Under the pieces are notes generated by a model, which did no database searches, was not told the DNA's origin, and saw nothing but the letters and a program-made list of their open reading frames with translations. Positions 50,095 to 64,000 of a DNA stretch of 64,000 nucleotides are shown here, piece after piece. The stretch is from Lama guanicoe (Eukaryota), in contig MU053482.1 in assembly GCA_013239625.1 (NCBI GenBank), positions 1,463,168 to 1,527,167 on the forward strand, in the 5' to 3' direction. Made by a program: the position numbers and the translations under genes. Each line of letters opens with the position of its first letter. The stretch's first letter is position 1.

Positions 50095-52140
50095 ATTTGG
50101 TATTATTAGTCTTCTTTAAATTTAGCCACTTAATGTGTGTGTAGTGGTGTCAATTTACGTTTTTATTTTGCATTTTGATATTGTCCAATTTATCAATCAT
50201 TTAATTTATGCACTGTACTTTTGGTGTCTAACAACTCTTCACGTAAACCCAGTCATGAGTAGTTGTAAGCTTTCTTCTAAAAGTCTTACACTTTGCATTT
50301 TGGTCTATGATCCATTTTGGGTGTATTCTTGTATAAGATGTGAGGTTTAGGCTGAGGTTTATTTATTTATTTATTTGCTTCTTTTTGCCTATGAAAGTCT
50401 AATTATTCCAACATCATTTGTAGAAAAGACTATGCTTTATCTGTTGAATTGGTTTTGTACCTTTGTTTAAAATCAATTGGCTGTACCCATGTGGACTTAT
50501 TTCTGAACTCCCTATTCTGTTCCACTCATGTGTGTGTTTATCCCACTTCCCATTAATACCATACTGTCTTCACTACTGTTAGTCTGTATTAAATTTGGAG
50601 GACTCAAATTACCTGATTTTAAGCCTTACAATAAAGTTGCAGTAATCAAGACATGTAGTATTATCATAGGGAAAAACATACATCAATGGAACAGGATAGA
50701 GTCCCCAAAATAGATCCACACATGGTTAATCAGCTTTTAAAAAGAGAAGACAATGAAACTTAACATAGAAAAGATAATCTTTTCACAAAGTGTGTTGGAA
50801 CAAGTGAACATCCATTTTTTTAAAATTTCACACATGAAAAAAATTAAGTCAAAAGAGATTTTAGAATGAAATGTAAACCAACATTATAAAATTTTAAAAA
50901 CATATCTACTAAAGAATTAACATCTAAAATACATAAAAAGCTCACAAAACTCAATGAAAAGAAAACAACCCAAATTTTAAAAATAGGTAAAAGATTTGAA
51001 TAGATACTTCCCCAAAGAAAAGATATGAATGGAGCATAAATGCACTTGAAACTGATGTCGAACGCAGTTCAGTCACTAGTGAAATGCAAATTAAAGTAAA
51101 AGACTTAATGCTACACACATAAAACATATTAGAACTTTTTTTTTATATAACTGACAATACCAGGTGCTGCAAAGGACACAGAGAAAAAGACCTTAAATAA
51201 AATGCTGATAGGAATGCAAAAATGGTACAGCTACTTTGAAAAAAAAATGGAGTTTTTTTTATAAACATACACTAACCATAACATCAAGCAATTGTAATCC
51301 TAGGTATTTATTCAAGAGAAATGAAAATACATGTCCACACAAAGACCTGCATGGAGATATTCATAGAAGGTTTATTCATAACTGTCAAAGACTAGAAAAT
51401 TCTCAAAGGTGCATCACTGAAAGAACAGGTAAAGAAATGGTGGTATATTCACATAATGACTATGTTTGAGAAGACTGTAACACAATCCAGACTTTCTATA
51501 ATGCATCCTTCACAATATCCATGATATCATTCAAAATTACTAGCACAGTGGGGGAGGATATAGTTCAAATGTTAAAGCACATGCTTAGTATGTAGGAGGT
51601 CTGGGGTTCAATCCCCAGTACCTCCTCTAAATAAACAAACAAACCTAATTACCTCCCCACCCCATCCCCCCAAAAAAATTTAAAATAAAGAAAGAAAACT
51701 ATGCCTTAAAAAAATTACCAGCACATTAAAAAAATAAAGTTTGGGGGTGATATATGGCCCATACTCAAGATAAAGAGTTAGAAACCAACCTCAAGGAAAG
51801 GCTGAAAACAAAAGTATAAGTTTCCATCTGAGGAAGCTTGAAAGGGAACAACAAATAATTTTTTTAAGTATAAGAAATGAAAGAACACAATCAAAGAGAT
51901 AGAAAATATGACCCATAGAGGAAATAGAGAAATATCTAATTTTATTCTTTGAAAAGATTAATAAAATCAAAAATCCCATTGGAGTGTTAATCAAGAGAAC
52001 GGCAAAAATATAAATTATCCAAATAAGACACTCAAAGGAGGGCATAACTACACATTCTGCAGATATTAAAATGGTTAAAGATAGATATTATGAACAATTT
52101 TATGTCAATAAACTTAATAAATAAGAACTGAATATTTTCC
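50095..52140. mobile_element. Ancient L1M fragments (minus 50095-50590, plus 50595-52140)
   Basis: Degenerate ORF2 text in both orientations. Confidence 0.7.
51550..51710 (+). mobile_element. tRNA-derived SINE (Vic-1-like)
   Basis: gggggaggatatagttcaaatg...ggttcaatcccc (B box). TSD aaaattac[t/c]agcaca at 51533-51547 and 51711-51725. Confidence 0.85.
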
Positions 52141-52154
52141 AGAAAAACAAATCT

Positions 52155-52652
52155 TGTTGGTAAAGAAAAAGAACATCGTTGTCATCCTTCAGGCTGGGAG
52201 GACAGACACAGAATAATCTAGCAACAAAATTAGTAGAAAATGTTTCTTCCAAGTTTATGCAGCAGCTGTAAAACTATCATAATGATCTAATTTTTCAGTG
52301 ATTATTGCTTTCTAACCAACAATGCACCCAAGTCTGAAAAGCTTTCTTACCTTTTACTGGAAGTACCCAATTACTAAATTGCCATCATTTCATGACAGTG
52401 TCAAGTCTTCCCTCCTAATCTCACCTCAGAAACAGCAACCAGCCTAGAACTGAACTCCACAACTCCTAACTCCCCCTCAGTATCCTTCAATAAGAATCCA
52501 AGCCTTTTAAAAGGCGTGTACCTTCTCTCCATTGTTGAGAGACATTTGATGGTTCTTTGGAGAGCCCTCCCACACTATATTGATCCAATAAACTTGATCT
52601 TGTTGGACTATAGGTTTGCTTCTGGTGGTCTATGACTGAACAGGCTTTAACA
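52155..52652 (+). mobile_element. Probable solo LTR
   Basis: TG start, ttaaca end, TATA-like ttttaaaa near 52505, AATAAA near 52587. No clear TSD. Confidence 0.45.
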
Positions 52653-53294
52653 CCATAGTTTTACATATTTATATTTTAGTGGTGGAACAGAGCTGAAAAT
52701 TAATGAGATTTAAGGTATGAATGTGATAGTTTCCTGAGTAGATTACAGATGGAAACGTCATTGGAGTCAAGAAAGGAGAGGAAATTTGAGGTTAGGGTGT
52801 CAGCTGATATATTCTAATGGTTAGAAGAAGTTGGCCTTGCTGCCGACAAAGGTAGAAATGAGGAGAAAAAATTGTGATGTAGGTGCTAAAATCCTCAAGG
52901 AATAAGGAGCAACAGGGAGATAAATGGGACGGATAGGAGGTGCCACAGTCAATGGACTGCACTTTAACAGTGGACTACGCTTAGTTTATGCTTACCTATT
53001 AATATTGCTTCATGCATTTCCCTCCACTACATAATATCCTCTATTAAAGGATTGCTTTGTTTATAGAAATGGAATTAGAATCCTGTGGCACTGACTCCAA
53101 TCCCCATTTCTAGCCAATCTTCTATTCCAATAGTTCTTTGTCCCAAGTTGCTGGACAAGTCTTCCACAAGGTCCTTGGAAATACACCTTTTGTAAGCAAC
53201 TGGACCCTCTATTTTTGCCACCTTAATCAGGCACTTGGCTCCAAAAGTCATTTCTGTAGAACAAACCCAGGAAACTTTCACACAGCAGAAGCAA

Positions 53295-53796
53295 GAACAA
53301 TCCTAGGGGATTTGTCATACTCTATTAAAGCCTTTGTTTTCCTCCCACCACACATACAAAGACATCCACCCTAATCCTCACAGAATGTATGTAATATGTT
53401 CTTTGACCAAGGGGAGCAATCAGTGGTTTACATTGTCAGGTATTCTGTGCAAAACTACTGTAAAAGTAGGTGGAACTCATCTGCTTTATAAAGTTCTCTT
53501 TAGAATTTAGCATCAACAATTCTGGCTCTGAAAGGTAAGTGCAATATTCATGGATTTTGTTTAAATAATTTAAATTTTTATTGGTTCAATGAGAAAGCAA
53601 AAATGAGAAAAGCTCTTTCATCAACTTTAGTTTTTAACCCCTGCAGAAATTGTGACCTCAGCAAGATTTGCACCGCAGAATGGTCATTCTGGACACTCAA
53701 ATCAGGTTGTCCGAGAGGCCCCACAGCAGTAAGGATGGTCTGTAGCAGCTAAAGCAACTGCTAAGTTTGTGTAACTGAAACTATGAAAAGGTAATC
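53295..53796 (+). promoter_or_regulatory. Putative promoter and 5' non-coding exons of the OR5P3-like gene
   Basis: O/E-like TCCTAGGGGA at 53301-53310 and ACCAAGGGGA at 53406-53415, TATAAA at 53487-53492, donor AAG|GTAAGT at 53535. Possible second exon at 53647-53790 (ctgcag| ... aag|gtaatc). Confidence 0.5.
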
Positions 53797-54759
53797 AGGA
53801 AGAAATCATCTGATATTCAGATTGAATGAGGCACATAGCATTATGCCCTCTATTCATCATCAAAATGAACCATGCATTGAAGGAAAGAAAAACTGATCTT
53901 CAGAATCCGAGCTAGGTGAGGAAATGTGAATGGGACACCAAAATGAAGAGCTCTAGGTAGATCCCTAGGTAGCCAGTGGAGAGGAAGGGAAGGGCAAGAA
54001 TCAGTTTTGAATCATTATGTTTCTCATCGAAAAAATAAACAATTGATAACCTACCAATACTTCAATTTTAATTAATGAAAAATAGTTACTTAGCTCTGAT
54101 GTGTGATCAAACACCTTCAAGTACTTTGCAGATATCATTTCTTTTAGTCTCACAACAAAACTGCATTATAGGGACAATTATTCCCATTTTACAAATGAAA
54201 AAACTGGGAGTCCGAGATACTAAATATCACTCGCAAGCTGTAACAGCTGGCCAGCGGGAGGCCCAAGCTCTGAGTTTTCTGTCTCCAGTCTCAATGACTG
54301 CTGTCAGCAAAGACTGAAGCTCACATAGTGAGCACAGCGAAGGTAGGGTTGGTCCCACTGAGCTCTGCTTGAGTCAGAAGGTACAGAGTACCAATGCTGC
54401 TCAGTGCTTGGCCTCATTCTTCAGATCGGAGTATGTTCAGAGGCTGACAAGAACTGCGAGGGATCTGAAAATTATGCCACAGGCAGAATGGCCAAGGGAA
54501 CTATGGACACAATATTGGAGAAGAGAAGGCAGTGGAGGTGTGGTAGCTGTACTTAACTATTTCAAAGTTTTGATGTAGAAAGGAGATGATTTATGCCATT
54601 ATTCCATGAGGGATCAATAGATATTATTAAAACAGATTTCTTCATGAGAGAGCCCATGATAATACCCATGGCAGTCAATGAACTTAATGAAGCTTAATCA
54701 AAGAAGCGATAGAACACACTCTTTAATGAGCTGTAGGTTCTCAGCTATTGGTTCATTCT

Positions 54760-55760
54760 ACCTCATAATTTATTCTGTCTAAGAACCAAGTAGCACCATC
54801 GGAAATCATGATGTCAACACAAAAGAAAGTGTCTGATTAAACCTTAGAAGTCAGAGAAGACTGTGGAGAGAAATGAACCTGAATGATGAGTAGAAATCAC
54901 CCAGAGTAATGAGAGGATGGGTGCCACCCAAGTGGGAGGAAAAAAGGAGCAAAGGCCACAAAGAATAGAGTGCATTGAGAGAACTCTAAATAGATCAGGA
55001 AGGTTGGATCAGTGCAAGTGATGGATGGAAATATTCTAAGAAACAAGCAAAGAGTCACACACAGGGGATACATCAGAAAGTGTGCACTGTGCTGTGCTAA
55101 AGAGGTTAGGCTTCATCCTGGAGGCTTGAGAGACTTAAAAGAGGCATGAAAGACTTAAAAGAACTCTTTTGGTATCATTTGCTCTCTACTTCAGCAAGAT
55201 GTCACCTTGATAGATGTACTGTAAGTTTTAAGGACATAAGAATAAAGGCTAGAAGAGAAACAAATGGTATAAAGAGGAAAAGTGATCAGGACCTTAACTA
55301 AAGTAGGGATACCAGGTATGGAGTCAGATGAAGAAATAAAATTGGGAGGTAAACTGTTGACAGAATCAGTAGGATTTTATTAGATGTGTTACAATGAGAG
55401 GAAGAAGGCTAGGACCACTCCCATGTTTCAGATATGAGAGACTGAGTGGATTGTGGTGTCATTCTACAAATACAAAACATAGGAAGCGTGGTCCAAGGAA
55501 AGGATGAGTTTGGTCTGAGAAGGCTGAGTTTGAGGTTATTTGTGGGATTTCCAACTGAGGACTTCCAAGAAATAACTGAAACTATAAATCTGGACTTTGG
55601 GAGAGAGATCTGTGCAGGAGTCAAGGTGGAGAGGCATTTTAAAACAAATATTAGATACATAAAATAATGTAATTGAGATCCCAGAGAGCGTGAATCAACC
55701 TTCTTTAATGCAAAGAAAGAGGGGAAAAAAACTAAAAAGAACCATATTTACAGGCTAGAC
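54760..55760 (+). mobile_element. L2 LINE remnant (others at about 11660-12150, 24575-24880, 33530-33790, 59855-60480)
   Basis: Purine-rich L2-like text (gatgagtttggtctgaga..gctgagtttgagg..ggagagagatctgtgcaggag). Confidence 0.55.
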
Positions 55761-55883
55761 AAGAGGGAAAAATTACTGTGAATAAGTGTAAAAATTAGCC
55801 AAAGAAACACAGGAATGTGTAGAATGAAAACACACAAAAATGAATATTCACATTTCCCTCAACAGGAATAGTTCCCAGAAGAG

Positions 55884-56813
55884 ATGGAGGTTGGAAACCA
55901 CACCGGTGTCACAGAGTTCATCCTTTGGGGATTAACAGGGGATCCTACACTTCGTGTCATCTTCTTTGTGATATTTCTAGGAATCTACATTGTCACCTTA
56001 ATAGGCAATATCAGCATAATCACCTTAATAAGAAGCTGTTCCCAGCTTCACACCCCAATGTACCTCTTCCTCAGCCATTTGGCTTTTGTGGACATCGGGT
56101 ATTCCACATCAGTCACACCTATGATGCTTACAGGACTCCTTACACATGGACTGGCCATCCCTGTCACTGGCTGTGAAGCCCAGCTCTGTTCCGTGGTCAT
56201 GTCTGGGACAGCCGAGTGCTTCCTGCTGGCTGCCATGGCCTATGACCGCTATGTGGCCATCTGCTTGCCCCTGCTCTACTCCACCCACATGTCCCCCAGA
56301 GTCTGTGTCCTCTTGGTGGGGGCTTCCTATCTGGGCGGGGGTGTGAATGCTTGGACATTTACTAGTTGTTTACTGAGTCTGTCTTTCTGTGGGCCAAATC
56401 AGATAGACGACTTTTTCTGTGATTTCTCCCCTTTGTTGAAACTTTCCTGCTCAGATACCTCCACTGTTGAAATTATCCCTTCCATCTCTTCAGGATCCAT
56501 CATCGTGGTCACAGTGTTTGTCATAGCTCTCTCTTACACCTGCATCCTCATCACCGTCCTGAAGATGCACTCCACTGAAGGGCGACACAAGGCCTTCTCC
56601 ACCTGCACCTCTCACCTCACCACCATTACTCTCTACTATGGAACTATTACCTTCATTTACGTGATGCCCAAGTCCAGCTACTCAACTGACCAGAACAGAG
56701 TGGTGTCTGTCTTTTACACAGTGGTGATCCCCATGTTGAACCCCCTCATCCACAGTCTGAGGAACAGAGATGTAAAGGAAGCGAGAAAGGCAACTGGTAG
56801 AATATATTCTTAG
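55884..56813 (+). CDS. OR5P3-like: Olfactory receptor family 5P, OR5P3-like; 309 aa, open frame but several degenerate motifs
   Basis: [61 protein letters not shown] and VNAWTF resemble human OR5P3. Acceptor ccctcaacag| at 55865. Confidence 0.9.
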   Translation: MEVGNHTGVTEFILWGLTGDPTLRVIFFVIFLGIYIVTLIGNISIITLIRSCSQLHTPMYLFLSHLAFVDIGYSTSVTPMMLTGLLTHGLAIPVTGCEAQLCSVVMSGTAECFLLAAMAYDRYVAICLPLLYSTHMSPRVCVLLVGASYLGGGVNAWTFTSCLLSLSFCGPNQIDDFFCDFSPLLKLSCSDTSTVEIIPSISSGSIIVVTVFVIALSYTCILITVLKMHSTEGRHKAFSTCTSHLTTITLYYGTITFIYVMPKSSYSTDQNRVVSVFYTVVIPMLNPLIHSLRNRDVKEARKATGRIYS

Positions 56814-58239
56814 GATCCATTCTTAGCATTTCAGGTGACCTATGAAGTGTTTGTTTAGCAGTATCACACTTAGGACCTACCAAATGTTGCTTGACTGACT
56901 GATTAAATTAAAAACATACTTTTAACTCTTACTTTTATACACTTGTATACTAACTCGGAGACAACTTGAAATCAGCAATAATGACAGTAGTAATTTTCAC
57001 TATTATGTATTAATATTGTAGGTGCCTAGGACTTTTTAATTTATTTAGTAAGCAATAATTTGTACTTATTATGAGCCAGGCCCTATTCTAAGCACATTAG
57101 TTTATTAACTGATTTATCTCTCACAAAAATCCAATCAAGAAAGGCTATTATTTCTACTTCACAAATAAATCATCTGGGACACAGAGACATTAAGTACATT
57201 GTCCAAAATCATGCAGCTAGGAAGTTGTGGACCAGTGTTTGAATTCAGAAAGTCTGGGCCCAATACCACTGTAACTTCTCCATTTAATTTTCACAGCAAT
57301 CCTATGATGCTGGTATTATAAATTTACCTCCGTTTACAGATGAAAATACTGGGTCCTAGAGAAAGCCAACAGTTTGTCTTGAGAGATGTGGACTCAAGTC
57401 TTCTGTTTGAATGGAATGAAGTCCTCTGATTTCTGGCACTTGATCTAAAATGCCACAATCAGTCCAGTGACTAAAGCGCTATCACTGATCTGGAGGATCT
57501 GAGCAGGGTAAGAAGCCTCAGCTGTTTCTTTGTATGAGTCTTTTGAACAAACTCTATTCTCAAGAAGGTCTAGGTTGTGAAGACTGCAAAACAAGGATGA
57601 GAATGGGAAAACTGGGTTGTTTCCCATCTATAGGGAGACAGGTCTGGACACCAAAATCACATGATTCGACTGAAAGTCTATACATATTTAAACACATGTT
57701 AAAAACAAATACTCCCATTTGGAATACTGCAGTCTTTCTTATATGTAGAAATTGAAAAGGGTTATCTTAATTCTAAACATTGCAATTAACGTGTTAACAA
57801 CAATCATAGTTCCATAACCTCGCTTTACAAAGAAATTAGAACCCATTAAAAAAAAACTAGAAATGTTGTCAAAGACTGTACTAAATGTATTTCTTGGGTT
57901 ATAATCTACCCTCATTTACATCATCATCATGATAATGGAAATGGTGAGGAGAGATTTTTCTGGAGTATAGGAACTCCCAACAGAAGCAAATACTGTTGCA
58001 ACTCTTTAGAGCATCTGAAAGCAAGACTTAGATCAGAAAGTCCTTGTCTCAGCATAATGCATTGAGAGAAGTGAGGCATGGAAAACATAATTTAAAAACA
58101 AAATGAAAAGTATTTATAATTACAGTTAAGTAAAAATGTAGACTACCTACAATGTTATTGCAAATTTTAAGTAGGAAATAAATAACAAAGACTGAAAGAC
58201 AACAAAGATAAATTTAAGCACATGAAATGACTAAGTAAT

Positions 58240-59480
58240 GGGTATAAGAAAACTGTTTCTCTACTTACAACACTTCTAACAAAAATTTATGTTGTTTTTG
58301 CCCCCATACCAACCAACTGGGAAACCAATATATTCCAAATATTCAGACATCAACTTGATGCCCTATTCTTACTGCAACTGTGACACAAACTACCTGGAGG
58401 TAGTGTCAGACATCATAGATTAAAGGAATCAGTCCCACAAAAGCACTCACATCAGACACCAATTGCAAGCAATGGGTCCTCAGGGTACCCACAATTCTGT
58501 CCAACTTAACCACAAAGTTGGGTTCCACAATTATCTCTCAGCTTGATAATTTGCTGGAATGAATGGTTCACAGAACTTATGGAAACATTTACTTACATTT
58601 ACGTCTTTATTATAAAAGACATTACACAGGATACAAATTAATAGCCAGATGCAGAGATACATAGCACCAGGTCTGGAAGGGTCCCCATGGCAGGAGCTTC
58701 TATTACTATGAAGTTTTAGAGCAGCATTTTATTGGCAGGAGAATGTGTTTTACCAACTTGGAAGCTCTCCATTCAATAGTTTAAGTTTTTTATTTGGGCT
58801 ACTTGATCCATATTAAATTAATCTCCAGCCCTTCTCTCCTCCCCTCAGTGAAGAAGATGGGCAGAAAGTTCTAAGTTTCTAATGGTTGTTCTTTTTGGTG
58901 ACCAGCCTCTATCTTGAAGCTATCCTGGATCCCACCAAGAGTCATTCCATTAGAACAAAAGATGCTCCTATCACCCACAAAATTCTAAGGGACTTAGGTG
59001 TCCTGAGTCAGAAACCACGGTCAAGATGAAATATTAGAATAAAAGGTGCTCCTAATGCCCCTATCACTCTGGAAATTACTAAGGTTTTAGAAGCCCTGTG
59101 TCAGAAACTGGAGGCAGAGATCAAAGATTTATTTCTAGTATGTCACAGTCCACCCTCTGGTGTGTGCCTATGGACCCCCCACAGCAAAATAATCATAAAA
59201 GTCCAAAGATACTGGCACATTATTAGAATTCCACTTAGTCATTAATAATTATCTACTCCATCATCATATCATATGAAAATGTGCCGCAGGATGAGCCTAT
59301 TCAGTTTTGCAGGCTCCCATTTGATCTTGCCAGGTTCTAAAAGCAGGACTGGTCTCAGAAATATATGGCTTCACTCTTTCAGGCATCAGATATAATTGAG
59401 CTAAGAGACAGTATTATCACTTGCTTTGAGCCTTTTTTGAGGTGTTAATGTAATATTTAATTTTTCATTAACAACATTTC
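58240..59480 (-). mobile_element. Old ERV 3' LTR (MER21-like, about 58240-59147) with adjacent internal sequence
   Basis: On the minus strand a purine tract agagggtggac precedes TGTGAC at 59147. Body resembles MER21-type LTRs. Confidence 0.5.
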
Positions 59481-60499
59481 TAACTGTGCTATAGAAATTC
59501 CAGGTGCATCCTAAGTCCAGTGACTACTGGAACTTAGTTATGTGAACTCTAAAGTCCCTCTGGATACTAGGGACCCATATCTTAGAGGTAAGAGTGTTCA
59601 TAGGTCTTCTGTATTTTATCTCTGGTATCATTTGAGCTTTGCTAATTGGGAATTAATTCAAGTCAAAGACCAGTGATAGACAATAATTTCCAAATCTGTC
59701 AAGATTTACATATAACTCTTGGCATGTTTTTGAGTAATTCAAGGAGAAGGGGGAGGGACTCAAACATTGATAATTTTCTGCCATTGTGCCCTTGAAGTCC
59801 AAGAGGAATATTTGATCAAAGCCTTGAAGTCATTTTACAAATAGAGATGGGACAATCATCCATTCATTTCAAAAGTATTTGTTGAGCCTTTACTGTATTC
59901 TAGGAACTGAGTTAACACTGAAGATATGTTGATATGTAGAACAGAGTTCTCACACAGTTTATATTTTAGAGGGGGAGACTTTAGAGAATAAATGAATACA
60001 GAAAATGATAAGTGGTTGGAATTCGAGGCATTTGGATTGATATGACTTATAAAGGGTAACTCTGGTGGTGTGGGTGGTGTTTCCTTAGAGAGTGTGACAA
60101 GGAAGGCCACTGAAGGAGGTGACAGCTGAGCAGAAAGCTGAAAGACGAGAAAGACCCATTGATAGGAAAGTTAGGGGGAAGCTACCAGGCAGAAAAGGCT
60201 AGTGCACAGAAGCTGGTAATCTTAAGAAATAAAGAGGCCATGGTAAACCAGGAGAAGAGAGATACATGGAAAGTGTTAGATCTTGGGGAGCTTCGTCAGC
60301 CATGGAAAAACGTTTGAATTTTATTCTAAAAGGAATAGAAGCCTTTATAGGTTTTTTTAAATTGTGCTAATCTAATGTGAATATATTTTTGAAGATCACT
60401 CTGGTTGTATGGAAATTGATTATAAAAGAGGAGAATGGGAGCAGGGAAACTGTGAGGTTCTTAGTTAAGATCTGAGATGATGGTGCATTAGGCAAAATG

Positions 60500-63400
60500 C
60501 ATTCATACCCTCTCATGTCCCCTCAAAATATTATGCCAGTACAGTATCAGAACTGAGTCCATCATCATAAAATCTAAATCAGGTTCAGGGTGAGGTTCCT
60601 TGGACACAACTCCTCAAATACAGTCCCTCTTTATTTGAAGACCTACAAACTAAAGAGATAAGTTACATGACCCCTACACATCTATCAGACACTATTGATA
60701 CAGGAGCAGAAACTCTGCAGTAAATATTCTTGTTATAAAGAAGGAACAGAAGAGTCACATAAAAACACTGGCCCATAGAAATTCCAAAATCCAACTAGAC
60801 ACCTGTTTGCTATTTTCTTGATCAGGATCCAGTCCTACTCCCTGTTAATAAGTCTCTCTGTGGCTCTTGGCTATACCTTCTGAACTTTTAGTTCTATCCT
60901 TGGACTCATTCTTCCTTTTTCAGGAAAATACAGCCCCAGTTATAGCTAAGTAGTTTTCTTAGCCTATTTCCTGCCTATTGTAGTTTGAGAGTCCAAAGAC
61001 ATCTTCACCCTGCACTGTCCCTTGCAATTCAAGCTGGTATAATTTCTTTAAAAATTTTGTGGGAGTCATCAGGGAAATTCAAATAAAACTTCAATGAGAT
61101 ACCGCTTCATACCCACTGGGATGGCTAGAATTAAAACATCAGATAATAACAAATGTTGAGGATGTGAAGAAACTGGAACCCTCATACACCACTAGTCTGG
61201 ATGTAAAATGGTGGTGCCATTTCGGGAAACAGTCTGGCAGTTCTTCAAACCATTCAACATAGAGTTATCATTTGACCCAGCAATTCTACTCCTAGATATA
61301 TATACCTAAGAAAAATTACAATACATGTCTACACAAAAACTTGCACACTAATGTTTATAGCCAGATTATTAAAAACAACCAAATGTCTATCAGCTTAAGT
61401 GTTGATAAATAAAATGTGGTCTTTCCATACAATGGAACATTTTTCAGCCATTAAAAGGAATGAAGTACTGACGCACCCTACATGGATGAACCCTGAAAAC
61501 ACTATACAAAGTGAAAGAAGCCAGTCACAAAAGACCACATATTATGTGATTCCATTTATAATATAGAAATCTATAGAGACAGAATAGTAGATTGGTAGTT
61601 GCTTCTGGCTTCTGGCATGTAGGGTGGATTTCTTGGTGCAGCCACTGTGGAAAAGAGTATGGAGAGTCCTCAAAAAGACTAGGAATAGACTTACCAGTAA
61701 TCCCACTCCTGGGCATATATCCAGAAGGAACCCTACTTCAAAAAGACCCCTGCACCCCAATGTTCATAGCAGCACTATTTACAATGGCCAAGACATGGAA
61801 ACAGCCTAAATGTCCATCAACAGATGACTGGATAAAGAAGTTGTGGTATATTTATACAATGGAATACTATTCAGCCATAAAAACTGACAACATAATGCCA
61901 TTTTCAGCAACATGGATGTTCCTGGAGAACGTCATTCTAAGTGAAGTAAGCCAGAAAGAGAAAGGAAAATAGCATATGAGATTGCTTATATGTAGAATAC
62001 AAAAGAGAAACAGACTCATAGACACAGAATACAAACTTGTGGTTGCCAAGGGGGAAGGGAGTAGGAAGGGATAGACTGGGAGTTCAAAATTTGTAGATAC
62101 TGACAGGCATATGTAGAACAGATAAACAAGATTACACTGTATAGCACAGGGAAATATATACAAGATCTTGTGGTAGCTCACAGCAAAAAAAAAATGTGGC
62201 ATTAAATATATGTATGTTCATGTATAACTGAAAAATTGTGCTTTACACTGGAATTTGACACAACATTGTAAAATGACAGTAACTCAATAAAAAATGTTTA
62301 AAAAAAATACAGGACTTCTTTATAAGGTGATGAAAGTGTTCTAAAATTGACCATGGTGATTGTTGCATATATTGTGAATATTTTTAAATGATTGAATTAT
62401 ATACTTTAAAAGGGAAAATTTTGTGGTAGATGAATTACATGTCACTAAAGCTATTAAAACAATTTTGTGGGCTTTCTATGTATCAAATCATAATTTATTC
62501 AATTAGACAAAATCCACATTCATAAACCTCTGCCAGGAAACTCTTCCTCTTGTACTTTGTGAGGCTGCTGTGAGAAAATACCCTTGAGATTTTTAAAGCC
62601 TTATTTTAGAAAGAAAGGGTCTATGAAACATGCCATTAAGACTCTTAGAATGACTTCTGTATAGCTGAAAGGGTCATGGAGGTCTTAGGTCTCAACAAAG
62701 GATCTTACAGCTATAATCTGGATTTGACCTTTGATCTGGAGCCATTTTTTATCTTGAGAATATTTTTCTAGAAGATAATGGGCATGAGAAATAGCCTTAT
62801 TTTCAAACCCAGGAAGATCTGGCTCCCTTTTATATTTTTAAAACTTTTCAAAAGAACTAAATAAATCCTTCTGCAGTTCACATCTCCCTTCTTATACTTT
62901 AGCACAGACAGCTATAAGACACTAGGTAGAACTTTTTACATTCTTCCTGGAAATCTTCCCAGCTGAATCCAAGAGTATATGAGGCACCTTTTATATTTTC
63001 TGTTTTACCCCAGGTGACAATATTGACAAACATCCCACCACTACCTGGCAAGTGTCTTCTTTAGCTTTCAAAAATATTTTCTTCACTTCAAGCCCTCACC
63101 ATCTTATAAGAACCCTCCAGAAGTCAGTAAAAGTCTCCCCAAAGCTCTGATTCTACCCATGGTTCAGTTCTAAAGTTGATGCACATGACTTTGGCTTCTG
63201 TTACGGCAAACTATCACTTTCAGGTGTCAGATTCTGATGTGGTGTTCTATACTGCCTAACACACTACTCTAAATCTTAGTGTTTAAAGCAATGACTATTT
63301 GATTATATCTTATGATTCAGAAATTCAGGAAAGATTTGGCTTGGTAAGTCTTCTGCCCCTCATGACTTTACTGGGATTGCACAGTGGTGTTCACTGGGTG

Positions 63401-63776
63401 GCTGGCCTAGGGTAGAGGATCCAAGATGGTTTCATTCACATGCCTGCTACCTTACTGGAAAGGGTTTGAAGGGGGGGCTTAGCTAGTCCCCTCTCCCTCT
63501 CTACATTGCCTCAGGGCTTCTCCACATGGTTTTCATGGGAGTGGCCAAATTTATTATATGGCAACTCAGAGCTCCATAAGGAAATCTTCCAGGAGACCCA
63601 GGGAGAGGCTGCATGGCCTCTTATCGCTGAGATTTGACATTCTCAGATCATTAACTTCCTTGTATTCTATACGTAAAGCATACCAATAAGGCCAGTCCAG
63701 ATTCAAGGTGAAAGGAATTTCACTGCACCTCTTAACAGGAGAAGTCTCAGAGAATTTGTGCCTTTAATCTGCCACA
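60500..63776 (-). mobile_element. MaLR element: MLT1-like LTR (about 63235-63776) plus probable internal sequence, split by L1s
   Basis: tccaagatgg..tcattcacatgcctg...ggccagtccagattcaagg...tttaatctgccaca is typical MLT1 text. Confidence 0.6.
61064..62460 (+). mobile_element. L1MB-like 3' fragment containing a younger L1 3' end (about 61633-62308)
   Basis: Outer TSD aattttgtggg at 61053-61063 and 62461-62471. The inner element has the ORF2 C-terminus (CTPMFIAALFTMAKTWKQPKCPS) and the young 3'UTR. Confidence 0.8.
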
Positions 63777-64000
63777 ACATGGGAAATAAATCTTTTCATA
63801 AATTTATATTTATAAAATGATTTTATTTTGTAAAAAAAGAGATTTGGGGGGGTTTCTGGCAAAAAAAAAAACAAACCTGGGAGAATAAATATTGAGATTT
63901 AGCAAGAGATAACGTATGGAAAATGGTGTATCAAACAGGGTATCTGAAGGAAGTAGATGGCTCGCTCAGTCTAGATAACTAAGGAGAGCTTAACAAAGGG

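Noticed and set aside
1..64000. CRISPR array, operon or novel enzyme system
   Set aside because: No repeat-spacer structure or prokaryotic organisation. All credible long ORFs are ORs or L1 ORF2 pieces.

Overview
Mammalian, AT-rich, LINE-dense olfactory receptor (OR) cluster. It is probably camelid, judging from two tRNA-derived Vic-1-like SINEs. It holds five intact-ORF ORs: three near-identical OR5P2-like genes (+; 9197, 22725, 44710), one OR5P3-like gene (+; 55884) and one family-10, probably OR10AB-like, gene (-; 31117-32082). A frameshifted 3' half of a paralog of that family-10 gene lies at 6000-6510. The window reads as three eroded tandem copies of a head-to-head [OR10(-) / OR5P(+)] cassette overlaid by L1, L2, MIR, SINE and LTR insertions, with an assembly gap at 16373-17016. 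I found no wholly new protein system. The best leads are coding-exon-limited homogenisation and mosaicism of the three OR5P2-like genes, an orphaned OR promoter-like block with homeodomain and O/E motifs next to another OR promoter, and a twin-primed L1 carrying a foreign 3' end. All alignments were done by eye, and repeat subfamily names are tentative.
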